A stretch of DNA of 64,000 nt from Terriglobia bacterium (GCA_963791705.1 CAWBTO010000002.1:85885-149884); one strand, 5' to 3'; shown: positions 38,894 through 48,432, counted from the first letter of the stretch. Numbers and translations: made by a program. The notes: generated from the letters alone by a model not told the origin.

Positions 38894-41026
38894 TCACGCC
38901 GAAACCGCCTCGCCCTCCTCCTCGGCGCGGTGCGGCTTGTGCGCGGCGATCACTTTTTCGGCCAGTTCATTGGGGACGAAGTCGTAGTGCGAGAACTCCA
39001 TCGAGTAGCTCCCGCGCCCCTGGGTCATGGAGATGAGTTCGTTGGCGTAGCTCAGCATTTCCGCCAGCGGGACCTGCGCCTTCACCACCACCGATCCGCC
39101 GCGGGTTTCGCTGCCGCTGATCTTTCCGCGCCGGCTGCTCAGATGGCCCATCAGGTCGCCCGAGTATTGTTCGGGCGCGTAGACCTCCACGTGCATGATG
39201 GGCTCGAGCAGCGCCGGCCGCGCCTGCTTCATCGCCTCGCGGAAGGCCAGCGAGCCCGCGATCTTGAAGGCCATATCCGACGAGTCCACATCGTGATACT
39301 TGCCGTCGTACAGGCTCACGCGGATATCCACCACCGGGAATCCCGCCAGATAGCCGCGCTCGGCCGCGTCGCGGATGCCCTTTTCCACCGAGGGAATCCA
39401 ATTGTGCGGGATGGCGCCGCCGAAAATATCGTCGACGAACTCCACGCCCTTGCCGCGGGGCAGCGGCTCCATGCGAATCCGGCAGACGCCGAACTGCCCG
39501 TGGCCGCCGGTCTGCTTCTTGTGCTTGCCCTCGGCGTCAGCCTTGCCGCGAATCGTTTCGCGGTAGGGAACCTTGGGAGGCTTCAGCGTCAGCTCGACGT
39601 GATACCGCTTGCGCAGCTTGGCCACGACGACTTCGATGTGCTGCTGCCCGGCGCCCGAAAGCAGAAACTCCTTGGTCTGCGGATCGCGCCCGAACCGCAG
39701 CGCCAGATCCTCTTCGAGAATTTTGTGAATGGCCTGGCCGATGCGGTCTTCATCCGCGCGGGTCTTCGGCTCGATGGCGAAGGTGATCGAGGGTTCGGGG
39801 ACGCGCGCCGGGGGATAAAAGATCGGCGCGTTCTTGTCGCCCAGCGTTTCGCCCGTGGTGGTGTCCTTTAATTTGCTGACCGTGCCGATGTCGCCGGCAT
39901 GAAGTTCCGGGACGGCCGCGGCCACCTTCCCCTGCATCACCTGGACGTGCTGCAGCCGCTCCTGCGTGCCGCGATTGAAGTTCTGCAGAGTGGCGTCGTT
40001 TTTCAATACGCCGGACATCACCTTGAAATAGCTCACTCGGCCGGCGAACGGGTCGGCGACGGTCTTGAAGACCAGAAGCGAGACAGGCTCGGCGTCGGCG
40101 ATTTTGCGCTCCATCGTTTCGCCCTTGTGATCGGGCGTCGCGTGGCCCGTGGCTTTTCCGCGGATCGCGGGGGAGGGGAATATATCGACCAGAAAATTCA
40201 GGATGGCGTCGCTGCCGATATTGTGCAGGGCGGAGCTCAGGAGGACGGGAAAGATCCGCTTGCCGAGGACCGCTTCCCGCAGGCCCTTGATCAGGTCCGG
40301 CACCGGGAGCGTGCCCTCGTCAAAAAATTCCTGCATCAGGGCGTCGTCGCCCTCGGCCACCATCTCGACCAGCTTTTCGTGCGCGGTGCGAGCCTCCTCG
40401 GCAAGCTCGGCCGGAATCTCCTCGACCTTGGCCTTGCCGTCGCCATCGGGCGTGTAGAGCAGCGCCTTCATGGCCACCAGGTCGATCACGCCGCGGAAAC
40501 TCTTTTCGGCGCCCAGGGGCAGCTGGACCGGCACGACGCCGCGCCCGAACACCTGCTCGATCGAGGCCAACCCGCGCTCGAAGCTCGCCAGCTCGCGGTC
40601 CATCCAGTTCAGCAGGAAGGCGCGCGGCTGGTCGTATTCGGTGGCGTAATCCCACACCTTTTCGGTCACCACCTGCACGCCTGCCACCGGGTCCACCACG
40701 ATCAGCGTCGCGTCGGCGGCGATCAGCGAAGTCTTGGTCTCGTTGACGAACGTGGAGTAGCCGGGCGTGTCGAGGAAATTGATTTTGGTCTTTTCGGCTT
40801 GGCCCGGCGCCTGCCATTCCGCGTAGGCCAGCCCGGTCTGGATGGTGATTTTGCGCGCGATCTCTTCTTCGTCCCAGTCGGTCGTGGCCGTGCCCTCGGC
40901 GACCTTTCCCAGCCGAGGAGTCATCCCCGCCGTGAACAGCAACGACGACACGAGCTGGGTCTTCCCCGTGTCGCCGTGGCCTGCAATGCCCACGTTGCGT
41001 ATCCATTCCGTGCCATAGGATTTCAT
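38894..41026 (-). CDS. elongation factor G-like translational GTPase paralogue with atypical G motifs
   Basis: Five-domain EF-G-length protein (710 aa). G1 AGHGDTGKT, G3 DTPGYSTF, G4 NWMD. It is not in a str-operon context. Confidence 0.85.
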   Translation of the reverse strand: MKSYGTEWIRNVGIAGHGDTGKTQLVSSLLFTAGMTPRLGKVAEGTATTDWDEEEIARKITIQTGLAYAEWQAPGQAEKTKINFLDTPGYSTFVNETKTSLIAADATLIVVDPVAGVQVVTEKVWDYATEYDQPRAFLLNWMDRELASFERGLASIEQVFGRGVVPVQLPLGAEKSFRGVIDLVAMKALLYTPDGDGKAKVEEIPAELAEEARTAHEKLVEMVAEGDDALMQEFFDEGTLPVPDLIKGLREAVLGKRIFPVLLSSALHNIGSDAILNFLVDIFPSPAIRGKATGHATPDHKGETMERKIADAEPVSLLVFKTVADPFAGRVSYFKVMSGVLKNDATLQNFNRGTQERLQHVQVMQGKVAAAVPELHAGDIGTVSKLKDTTTGETLGDKNAPIFYPPARVPEPSITFAIEPKTRADEDRIGQAIHKILEEDLALRFGRDPQTKEFLLSGAGQQHIEVVVAKLRKRYHVELTLKPPKVPYRETIRGKADAEGKHKKQTGGHGQFGVCRIRMEPLPRGKGVEFVDDIFGGAIPHNWIPSVEKGIRDAAERGYLAGFPVVDIRVSLYDGKYHDVDSSDMAFKIAGSLAFREAMKQARPALLEPIMHVEVYAPEQYSGDLMGHLSSRRGKISGSETRGGSVVVKAQVPLAEMLSYANELISMTQGRGSYSMEFSHYDFVPNELAEKVIAAHKPHRAEEEGEAVSA

Positions 41027-41366
41027 GGTTCACCTCGATGAAGGATGGAAGTTGGAAATGCGAAAACAGAAAATGGAACATGGGAGACGCGGCCGAAGGG
41101 TCGCCGCGCGGGTGGGGTTGCGGCAACGTCCGGGACAGGCATTTCGTGAGGGGATACCGCGGCGTACGATTTCGCGCTGTGCGATGGGACCAGGATCACG
41201 ACCCCGCCTCCCGGCGGCTGCGTGCGATCGCCCTGCGGAAAACCGGGATGCTAGCACACGGAAGCAGCGCGCTTCAACCTCCCGATGGTGTTCGCACCCG
41301 TGCGTCCGGCGCTCTCGCCAATTGCCAATTCTGGCGGAGCGGCCCGGCGCTGTATGACCGCGCCGG

Positions 41367-42284
41367 CTACTCTTCGCGCGTGATCAGGAGCTGGCGGTAG
41401 GCTTCCCGGCGGGTGAGGCCGCGTTCGCGCGCGGCCAGCTTCAGCGCGGCTTTGCGGTCGATCCCGCGTTCGCCCATGATTTCCTCGACGCGCCGCGCCA
41501 GCGGCACCGCGCCCGCGGCGCTCCCCGCGTGCAAGGCTTCGCCATCGGGCGGGCCGATCAGCACGACAATCTCGCCGCGCGGCGGTTTCTTCCGCACGGC
41601 ATCGAGCAGCGTCTCGAGGTGTCCGCGCAGGAATTCCTCGTACAGTTTGGTGATTTCGCGCGCGACCACCGCCGGACGGTTGCCGAGAATTTCCAGCGCA
41701 TCTTCCAGAGTGTCGAGCAGGCGATGCGGCGCCTCGTAGATGGCCAGGGTGCGGGTTTCGGCGGCCAGCGCCCGCAGCGCCTTGCGCCGCGCGGTGGGCC
41801 GCGACGCCAGGAATCCCAGGAACACGAATTCGTCCACGGGCATGCCCGAGGCCGCCAGCGCCGCCAGAAACGCCGACGCGCCCGGCACCGGCACCACGCG
41901 AATCCCGTGCCGCACGCACAGGTGCACCAGGCGGTAGCCGGGATCGGAAATGGTCGGGGTTCCCGCGTCGCTCACCAGCGCGACCTGCGCGCCCTGCTCG
42001 AGCTCAATCATGATCTCGGGCGCGCGCGTCATTTCGTTGTGCTCGTGGTAGCTCACCAGGCGCTTGGAGATGTCGTAGTGCGACAGCAGCTTCGAGGTCT
42101 CGCGCGTGTCCTCGCAGGCGATCAAGTCCACTTCCTTCAGAATGCGCAGGGCGCGCAGGGAAATGTCCTCGAGGTTGCCGATGGGCGTCGCCACCACGTA
42201 GAGGCAGCCTTGCCCCGCCTCGCTGGTCGCTGCTTTTGTCTTCGTCTTCGTGGCCATGGTGTCCGGCGGTAGAAAGTCCGCCAC
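41367..42284 (-). CDS. rsmI: 16S rRNA (cytidine1402-2'-O)-methyltransferase
   Basis: LYVVATPIGNLEDISLRALRILKEVDLIACEDTR. The start is uncertain (GTG 42284 or ATG 42257). Confidence 0.87.
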   Translation of the reverse strand: MADFLPPDTMATKTKTKAATSEAGQGCLYVVATPIGNLEDISLRALRILKEVDLIACEDTRETSKLLSHYDISKRLVSYHEHNEMTRAPEIMIELEQGAQVALVSDAGTPTISDPGYRLVHLCVRHGIRVVPVPGASAFLAALAASGMPVDEFVFLGFLASRPTARRKALRALAAETRTLAIYEAPHRLLDTLEDALEILGNRPAVVAREITKLYEEFLRGHLETLLDAVRKKPPRGEIVVLIGPPDGEALHAGSAAGAVPLARRVEEIMGERGIDRKAALKLAARERGLTRREAYRQLLITREE

Positions 42285-42356
42285 TGAGCGTATGCCCTGC
42301 CGCGCCTTCTTGCAAGACGCAGCTGCGGGCGCGGCGAGGCCGGGCCCAGAGCCAAA

Positions 42357-42385
42357 TTGACAGCGGTGCCTGGGTCGGATAATCT
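42357..42385 (+). promoter_or_regulatory. sigma70-type promoter for rpsT (TTGACA-N17-TAATCT)
   Basis: Perfect -35 hexamer at 42357-42362, a 17-nt spacer and -10 TAATCT at 42380-42385. SD GAAGGAG lies at 42408-42414 before ATG 42420. Confidence 0.55.
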
Positions 42386-42419
42386 ATTCAATTCCAAGTC
42401 AATCGCGAAGGAGCGTTGA

Positions 42420-42719
42420 ATGGCTCAGGGTACGGCGGTAAAGCACAAGAAGAAATCGAAGTCGGTGTTGAAGAACATTCGCCAGACGGAGCGGCGCGCG
42501 GCGGTCAATCGCATGAACCGGACCCGCGTCCGCACTGCGGTGCGCCGCATGCGCGCGGCGCTCGCCGCCGGAGATGCCGCCGGCGCCGAAAAGCTGGCCT
42601 CGCCGACATTCTCCGAACTCGACCGGGCGATCCGCCGGCGCACGCTCACCGAGAACACGGCCAACCGCTACAAGTCGCGGCTGACGCTGGCGTTGAACGC
42701 GCTCAAAACGAAGAAGTAA
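42420..42719 (+). CDS. rpsT: 30S ribosomal protein S20
   Basis: KKSKSVLKNIRQTERRAAVNRMNRTRVRTAVRRMRAAL is a typical bS20 translation. 99 aa. Confidence 0.93.
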   Translation: MAQGTAVKHKKKSKSVLKNIRQTERRAAVNRMNRTRVRTAVRRMRAALAAGDAAGAEKLASPTFSELDRAIRRRTLTENTANRYKSRLTLALNALKTKK

Positions 42720-42750
42720 CGCGCCGCATCAATCATCAATGGTTTGACCG

Positions 42751-42784
42751 GGCGCCCCGAGGATTTCGGGGCGCCTTTTTTATT
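42751..42784 (+). terminator. rho-independent terminator of rpsT
   Basis: GGCGCCCCGA-GGATT-TCGGGGCGCC (10-bp perfect stem) followed by TTTTTTATT. Confidence 0.85.
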
Positions 42785-42873
42785 GCGGTGTCGAGATGCG
42801 GCTGAAGAAACAGCAAATTCCTCACTGCTTGGCCGAACGCCCCAGAAACCCGGGAATTCCGGCGGCTAGATCG

Positions 42874-43914
42874 CTACCGGAAGCGCGCCTCCGGCGACGG
42901 TGCGGGAGAGGTGAGGCGCGCAATCAGGAATTCGATCAGCGCGCGCGGATTCGGTTGCGACCACTTCAACTGGCTGTCGGCTTCGGCCAGCGCCACCAAA
43001 CCGGCCAGCAACTCCTTCTTCGGGATGCGATGCGCGTGGCGGACGGCCGCCTCGGCGCTTTCCGGCCGCATGCCTAGCTGCCGGGCTGCCTGAAAACCGC
43101 TGGTGTGCGCGGGCAGTTCGCGCGCTTCGATCAGCTTGCGGTACATCCATCCCAGCGCCCCGACGATTCCGGCGGGCTGCTCGCCTTCGCGCAGGAGATT
43201 GTCGAGGAAGGCGAAGGCGGCGTCGCGTTTGCGCCCCGCCAGCATGTCCGCGAGTTGCCACACGGTATTCTTGCGGGCCGCCACGACCAGGGCCTCGACG
43301 TCGGCGGCGGTGATGGGGCGGCCGAGCGCATAGGCGGCCAGTTTGTCCAGTTCGATGTGAATCCGCGCGGGCTCGCGATCCACGATGTCCGCGAGCAGCG
43401 CGGCGGCCTCGCGGCCGATTTCCGCGCCCAGATCCTTGGCCATCTGCTGCGCGAGCGCCGGGGCGGAGGCTGCGCCGATGGTCAGCTCCACGACCAGGGC
43501 CTTGTCCTGCAGCAGCTTGTAGAACTTCTGGCGGCGGTCCAGCGCGGAGGCTTCCAGCAGCAGCACGGTCAGCGGCGCCGGAGCGGCCAGGTATTTCTCG
43601 AGCGCTTTGAGAATCCCCTCGCGCGATTCATCGCCCAGTTTTTCGATCGACTCGGCGTCTTCCACCACGATCACCTGGCGCGGGGCCAGCATCGGCAGGG
43701 TTTGCGCGCGCCCCAGAATTTCGTCCCAGCCGTCGCCGCGCGCCGATAGCTGCGACACGCCCCATGCGCGCGCGCCCTCCGGCACGCAGGCTTCGATCAC
43801 TTTGCTGCGGCACATCTGGCGCAGGTAGGAGTCCGTGCCGACCAGCGTGATCGCCGGGACCGATTGCCCGCGCGCCAGGCGGTCCAGAAGTGTTTCCGGA
43901 GAGGCGTCCGCCAT
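42874..43914 (-). CDS. holA: DNA polymerase III subunit delta
   Basis: MADASPETLLDRLARGQSVPAITLVGTDSYL... is a 346-aa delta-like translation. The ATG overlaps the lptE stop by 1 nt. Confidence 0.8.
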   Translation of the reverse strand: MADASPETLLDRLARGQSVPAITLVGTDSYLRQMCRSKVIEACVPEGARAWGVSQLSARGDGWDEILGRAQTLPMLAPRQVIVVEDAESIEKLGDESREGILKALEKYLAAPAPLTVLLLEASALDRRQKFYKLLQDKALVVELTIGAASAPALAQQMAKDLGAEIGREAAALLADIVDREPARIHIELDKLAAYALGRPITAADVEALVVAARKNTVWQLADMLAGRKRDAAFAFLDNLLREGEQPAGIVGALGWMYRKLIEARELPAHTSGFQAARQLGMRPESAEAAVRHAHRIPKKELLAGLVALAEADSQLKWSQPNPRALIEFLIARLTSPAPSPEARFR

Positions 43915-44474
43915 CAGAAATTCTCCAGCACGTTGGAAACAATGTGCGAGGCCAGGTCGCGCGACATCCGCTCGAGCGCCGGGTCCTGCTGCTCGAAGAA
44001 GCTGTTCACGTCGGACGTGATCTGGTACTCCTGCCGGAAGATCATGTCCGGGTTCTGATAGACCGGCTTCTGCGTCTGGTTGTCGACGAGCGTGACCTTG
44101 GCGTGCACGGTGACCAGCATGGTCGCCACTTGCCCCGTGGTCGCGTTGAACAGTACGGGCGTGGTGTCGATGGAGAGCACTTCGCCGTGCAGCACGCCGT
44201 CGGCCGAGGTCGCCTCCGGCACGATGCGATATTTTGTCCGGGTGATGAATTCGCGGACCACTGCCTCGGTGAACCGCTGCTCGATTCGATAGCGCGTCGT
44301 GTCGTTCTGGAAGGCGGGGACGGCGATGGTCTTCCATTCCGACGGCAAATGCGCGGCGTGGCCGGCCACGTGGTAGCCGCAGCCTGCGGCCCCGAGTGCC
44401 GCCATCAGAACTCCGCACCCGAGCGCCAGGCGCGCCGCCCGCCTTCCCCCGGTCTTAGTTCGCCGCTTGTGCAA
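43914..44474 (-). CDS. lptE: LPS-assembly lipoprotein LptE
   Basis: TTG 44474 lies 5 nt after GGAGGA. Lipoprotein signal ...LALGCGVLMAALGAAGC. LptE-like core IAVPAFQNDTTRYRIEQRFTEAVVREF. Confidence 0.65.
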   Translation of the reverse strand: MHKRRTKTGGRRAARLALGCGVLMAALGAAGCGYHVAGHAAHLPSEWKTIAVPAFQNDTTRYRIEQRFTEAVVREFITRTKYRIVPEATSADGVLHGEVLSIDTTPVLFNATTGQVATMLVTVHAKVTLVDNQTQKPVYQNPDMIFRQEYQITSDVNSFFEQQDPALERMSRDLASHIVSNVLENF

Positions 44475-45519
44475 CCAGTTCCTCCGCAATGCGGACGGCG
44501 TTGGTGGCCGCCAGGCGCAAATTATCGGCGGCGCCCCAGATCCACACGCCCCGCGCGATGTTCGGGTCCGGCTCGATGCGCGCCAGATGGATCTCACTTT
44601 CACCCGCCACGCTGACGTTGGTCGGCGCGGCCTCACCCGGCCCGGCGATCTTCACGCCGAGCTTGCCGAACGCCGCTTCCAACTGCCCGGGCGGCACGCC
44701 GGCCTCGAATTCCGCGTACGCCGTGAAAGCATACCCGTAAAATACGGGCGCTTGCACCAAATGAATTGCCGGCAGAGGAGCGCGGCCTGCCAGGCAGTCG
44801 GCCACATCCCGTGCGACTCCGCTGCGAACCTCGTCCAGGCGGGGACGGCTCTCCGGACCGTAGCTCGCCAGCAGGTTAAACGCCACCTGCTCGTCGAAGA
44901 CCGGCCGGGCGATCTCGCGGAACGACAACAGACTGGCCGCCTGGCTTTCGAGTTCTTCGACACCGGCCTGATCGCGTTCGGAAACAGGAGGGAAAAGCGT
45001 GACAACGATTCGCTGCGGCGCAAATGGAGCGAGGCCCGCGGCAAGCGTGCAGGCAATGATCACCGGCGTGCCCGGCGAGGAATAGGCGACGCTCTTCGGC
45101 GATCCATTGCCGCCCGGCGCGGGGAGCAACGGCAGAACCGGGGCCAGCGAGGGGATCCAGGCCAGCACCGGCCCCACGGCGGGAGTGGCCGCGCGCCCGG
45201 CAACGGCCAGGGCGCCTGTAAGATCGATAATCGTCGCCCCGGCATGGTGCGCCGCAAGGAAACTCGGTCCAGCCAGGGAAGCGGCGCCGGTAAAGAATGC
45301 GAACCGCGCCTTCTCGAAGCTGTCCTGCTCGAGCGGGCGGATGAACGTGGGCTCGCCGCCGGCTTCCGCCAGCGTGCCGGCCACCACGCTCTCATCCAGC
45401 AGAAGAATATCCGTGGCGGGGAAATGACGGTCCTCGAGCACCTGCTTCAGCTCTTTGCCGAGGAGCGCGGAAGCGCCGGCAATCGCGACACGATGGGAAG
45501 TCCTGGGCCCGGTGGGCAT
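44455..45519 (-). CDS. aspartate-semialdehyde dehydrogenase family protein (divergent; catalytic residues apparently substituted)
   Basis: Rossmann N-terminus RVAIAGASALLGKELKQVL. C-terminal dimerisation-domain similarity, but QAPVFYGY stands where Asd has R-x6-H. Confidence 0.65.
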   Translation of the reverse strand: MPTGPRTSHRVAIAGASALLGKELKQVLEDRHFPATDILLLDESVVAGTLAEAGGEPTFIRPLEQDSFEKARFAFFTGAASLAGPSFLAAHHAGATIIDLTGALAVAGRAATPAVGPVLAWIPSLAPVLPLLPAPGGNGSPKSVAYSSPGTPVIIACTLAAGLAPFAPQRIVVTLFPPVSERDQAGVEELESQAASLLSFREIARPVFDEQVAFNLLASYGPESRPRLDEVRSGVARDVADCLAGRAPLPAIHLVQAPVFYGYAFTAYAEFEAGVPPGQLEAAFGKLGVKIAGPGEAAPTNVSVAGESEIHLARIEPDPNIARGVWIWGAADNLRLAATNAVRIAEELVAQAAN

Positions 45520-45522
45520 AGC

Positions 45523-46353
45523 TTAGGCGGGGCGGGAAGCGACGCGGCGGCGCACCACGCGCACCGTGTGCAGTCCGATGCCGTGCAGGGCGTAGGTGCC
45601 GGAGAGCAGCAGCAGCGTGGGGCCGGAAAACTTGACGATCGCGCCGATCAGCAGGGCAAACAAAATGACGACCAGCGACGGGCGGCGCCGCGTCCATTGA
45701 ATATCCTTGAAGCTGAAGTAGCGCACCGTGCTCGACATCAGGACGCCCAGGGCGATCAGCAACAGCAGCCACAGGACGGAGAGCCGCGCGTCGGAAATGG
45801 GGGTCTTAAAAAAGTGCACCGTGGCGGCCACCAGGCCCGCGGCGGCCGGCGTGGGCATGCCCACGAAGTAGCGGCTGCTGCCGGGCGCCATTCCCTGGAT
45901 GTTGAAACGCGCCAGCCGCCAGGCGCAGCAGCCCACGAAGAAGAAGCCGATCAGCCAGGCGAGTTGCGTCAGGTGGAGCGCTTCGGGCGCGCCGCCCGCC
46001 GCCAGCGCGCGGACACCCCAGGCGTACGCCAGGAAGGCGGGGGCCATTCCAAAGCTGATGACGTCGGCGAGCGAGTCGAATTCTCTTCCGAAGGAGCTTT
46101 CGGTGCGCATGGCGCGGGCCACCCGCCCGTCGAGCGAATCGAAAACGTAGGCGAAGCCGATGGCGATGGCGGCGTTGTCGAAATCGGCGGTACGTCCATC
46201 GAAAGTGGCCAGCACCGCGTAATAGCCGCACAGAAGATTCGCCACGGTGAGGGCGCTGGGAAGAAGATAGACGCCGCGGCGCAGGCGGTGGGCGCCGAAC
46301 AATCCCCGGGGTTCTTCCTCTGAGCCGATCGGATCTAGGCTGTCGAAGTCCAT
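45523..46353 (-). CDS. pssA: CDP-diacylglycerol--serine O-phosphatidyltransferase
   Basis: CDP-alcohol phosphotransferase motif DSLDGRVARAMRTESSFGREFDSLAD. Confidence 0.85.
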   Translation of the reverse strand: MDFDSLDPIGSEEEPRGLFGAHRLRRGVYLLPSALTVANLLCGYYAVLATFDGRTADFDNAAIAIGFAYVFDSLDGRVARAMRTESSFGREFDSLADVISFGMAPAFLAYAWGVRALAAGGAPEALHLTQLAWLIGFFFVGCCAWRLARFNIQGMAPGSSRYFVGMPTPAAAGLVAATVHFFKTPISDARLSVLWLLLLIALGVLMSSTVRYFSFKDIQWTRRRPSLVVILFALLIGAIVKFSGPTLLLLSGTYALHGIGLHTVRVVRRRVASRPA

Positions 46354-46955
46354 GTCGCCAGAATGCTCTCGCCGCCCTTCACCTTTTGTCCGCGCCGGAC
46401 GGTCACGTGCGCTTCCTGGGGCAGCCAGATGTCCACGCGGGAGCCGAAGCGAATCATCCCCACGCGCTCGCCGCGGGCCACCACGTCGCCCGCACGCTTC
46501 CAGCATAGCACGCGCCGCGCAATCGCTCCGGCGATTTGTTTGAAGACCAACGCGCCCTGCGGCGTTTCCAGCGAGATGATGTTCTGTTCGTTTTCACGCG
46601 AGGCCGCCGAGCGCCACGCGGCGTAGAACCGCCCGGGGTGATAGACCACCCCCGCGATGCGGCCCGCGACGGGCGCCCGCTGCACGTGGACATCCCAGAT
46701 CGACAGGAAGATGGTGACGCGGTGGCCCATCTTCGCGTCCAACGGCTCGTCCACGATCTCGATGATGTGGCCGTCGGCCGGCGAGACCACCGCCCCTGCT
46801 GCCGAAGGGATGGCGCGCTCCGGGTCGCGGAAAAAGTAGAATACGAAAAGACCGAGAAAAATCAGGATGCCCGCCGGCCATTTCCAGCCCAGCGCCAGGC
46901 ACACCGCCCCGGCCGCCAGCGGAGGGATTCCAAACTTGTAGGCTTCCTTGACCAT
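46335..46955 (-). CDS. psd: phosphatidylserine decarboxylase (short, archaetidylserine-decarboxylase-like type)
   Basis: FGSRVD self-cleavage context. N-terminal TM segments. Overlaps the pssA start by 19 nt. Confidence 0.85.
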   Translation of the reverse strand: MVKEAYKFGIPPLAAGAVCLALGWKWPAGILIFLGLFVFYFFRDPERAIPSAAGAVVSPADGHIIEIVDEPLDAKMGHRVTIFLSIWDVHVQRAPVAGRIAGVVYHPGRFYAAWRSAASRENEQNIISLETPQGALVFKQIAGAIARRVLCWKRAGDVVARGERVGMIRFGSRVDIWLPQEAHVTVRRGQKVKGGESILATWTSTA

Positions 46956-47076
46956 AAGGGCGCACGCCCGCTCTCCCTCGGGCAAAAACTGTCTCCGGCA
47001 CGGTCTCCAGATCGCGTGGCTCTCTCATTTTAATGTGAGCCGTGCTCCCAAAGAACGTGTGCGGCAAATCGAGATT

Positions 47077-47148
47077 CTTTGTAGGTCGCGGCTTCAGCCG
47101 CGACATCTAGCGCACAAACTGAGAACGGCTTTAGCCGCTGAAGTTCCC
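47077..47148 (-). repeat. 72-nt double-hairpin dispersed repeat, copy 2 (inverted relative to copy 1)
   Basis: The reverse complement gggaacttcagcggctaaagccg...gatgtcgcggctgaagccgcgacctacaaag matches 21216-21287 at both ends. Confidence 0.85.
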
Positions 47149-47265
47149 TACCGCGGCGTGCCACATAGACCCTGAAGCCGCACTGCATCCGCTACGGGAT
47201 GTTCGCGGACGCACCTGCTCGAAGACACCGCTATTGTACGATAGCTAGAAAGCTCCGGCGGGACC

Positions 47266-47499
47266 TCAGTGGCTTGCCATCTGATGATGGTGAGCGACCA
47301 TCCACTCCATGCGGTCTTTCAGCTGCAGCTTGCGTTTCTTGAGGGTGGCTTCCTGAACCAGATCGTCCAAGCTGCGGTAAGCCGACTCCAGAATCTGTTC
47401 GAGTTGGGACTCACAGCGGGAGTGCTCTTCTGCCAGACTGCGAAATTCCGGATCGTGTGCCAACAGCGACTGCCGCACATCCTCGTTTGAATTCGGCAT
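47266..47499 (-). CDS. DUF465 (YdcH-like) small protein
   Basis: SD GGAGAG. HDPEFRSLAEEHSRCESQLEQI...LKKRKLQLKDRM is the typical DUF465 pattern. Confidence 0.7.
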   Translation of the reverse strand: MPNSNEDVRQSLLAHDPEFRSLAEEHSRCESQLEQILESAYRSLDDLVQEATLKKRKLQLKDRMEWMVAHHHQMASH

Positions 47500-47604
47500 C
47501 CGTTCTCTCCTGGTTGGAGCGGGCGTTCACATGGCTGTAACAATTACCACAATCCGCTCCCGGAGCCAATAGGCCGGCGTGCCATTTTTGCCATGCTTCC
47601 CCCG

Positions 47605-48432
47605 TCACAGGTGCGGCGCCATCTCGGCGAAGCCGGCGGCCGCCGCCTTGCCGGATTTTCTTCCCCAAGTCCAGTAGAAACCCAGGTAGGCGTAATTCTC
47701 GGCTTGGCCAAAGGCCGTGTGGCCGTAGCTGAACAGCAATTGAAAGCCGGGATTGCGGAAATAGTAGTAGCCGCCCACATCGACCATGGTGGCGGATTTC
47801 GTTTGCGCGGTGGCCAGGCCTTCCCCGCCGTGCGAGAAAATCTCCGTTCCCAGCGTCAGTTTTTTGCCAATGTTCCGCTGGACGAGCCAGCCTCCGTAGG
47901 TGAAGTTCCGGAAGCCCGGCGCGTCGTTTACGTTTTCGCCGACTCCGCCGTAGGTCGTCCAGGGACCGAAGCTTTTCTGGAGCCAAACGGGCAGCTTCGC
48001 CCATCCCTTTCCGACCCCCAGGCCATTGTTGGGATTGCCGGTGGGCGCCTCGAACATCGGAAACACGCCGATCATCGGGCGATGCTTGGTTTCCTGGACG
48101 AAGCGGTACTTGACGCCCAGCTCCACGTCGCCCAGGCCAAACGCATTCGGGCCGGCTCCCAGAGGAAGGAGACTTGGATTATTGGCAGGCAAAACTCCGG
48201 CCGCCGGGATCACGATATGCAGGTGAACATTGGGGAGGGCGCCCCAGTTGAATTCAATGGCTGGTCCGGTCGTGCCCGTCCCGAGGGCCGTGCCGTCCGC
48301 GGCTCCAAACGCATAGAACTCGTAGTGATTGAAGTCGATCGGTTGAGGATCATCGGTTTGAAAGGGCGGCCCGGCCGACGCGACGGCCCCAGACAGCAGA
48401 GCCAGCAGCAACCCGCACGCCACCTTCTTCAT
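47605..48432 (-). CDS. outer-membrane beta-barrel transporter-like protein (MetA-pathway / phenol-degradation-like family)
   Basis: Signal peptide MKKVACGLLLALLSGAVASA. PFQTDDPQP start of the mature protein. Alternating beta-strand pattern and an aromatic C-terminal region. Confidence 0.65.
   Translation of the reverse strand: MKKVACGLLLALLSGAVASAGPPFQTDDPQPIDFNHYEFYAFGAADGTALGTGTTGPAIEFNWGALPNVHLHIVIPAAGVLPANNPSLLPLGAGPNAFGLGDVELGVKYRFVQETKHRPMIGVFPMFEAPTGNPNNGLGVGKGWAKLPVWLQKSFGPWTTYGGVGENVNDAPGFRNFTYGGWLVQRNIGKKLTLGTEIFSHGGEGLATAQTKSATMVDVGGYYYFRNPGFQLLFSYGHTAFGQAENYAYLGFYWTWGRKSGKAAAAGFAEMAPHL

Noticed and set aside
42262-42285. RNase P RNA-like word GAAAGTCCGCC.
   Set aside because: It lies inside or at the start of rsmI. 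Only 135 nt of non-coding DNA is available, and none of the other conserved RNase P regions is visible.
44467-46323. 618-aa plus-strand ORF. Comparable long ORFs lie at 47593-49125, 49207-50640, 50273-52084, 52264-53829, 56695-58749, 59175-61097 and 61610-63712.
   Set aside because: All are antisense to genes with clear family motifs (pssA, the kinases, NtrC regulators, PQQ dehydrogenase, aminotransferase) and have Arg/Gly/Ala-biased low-complexity translations.
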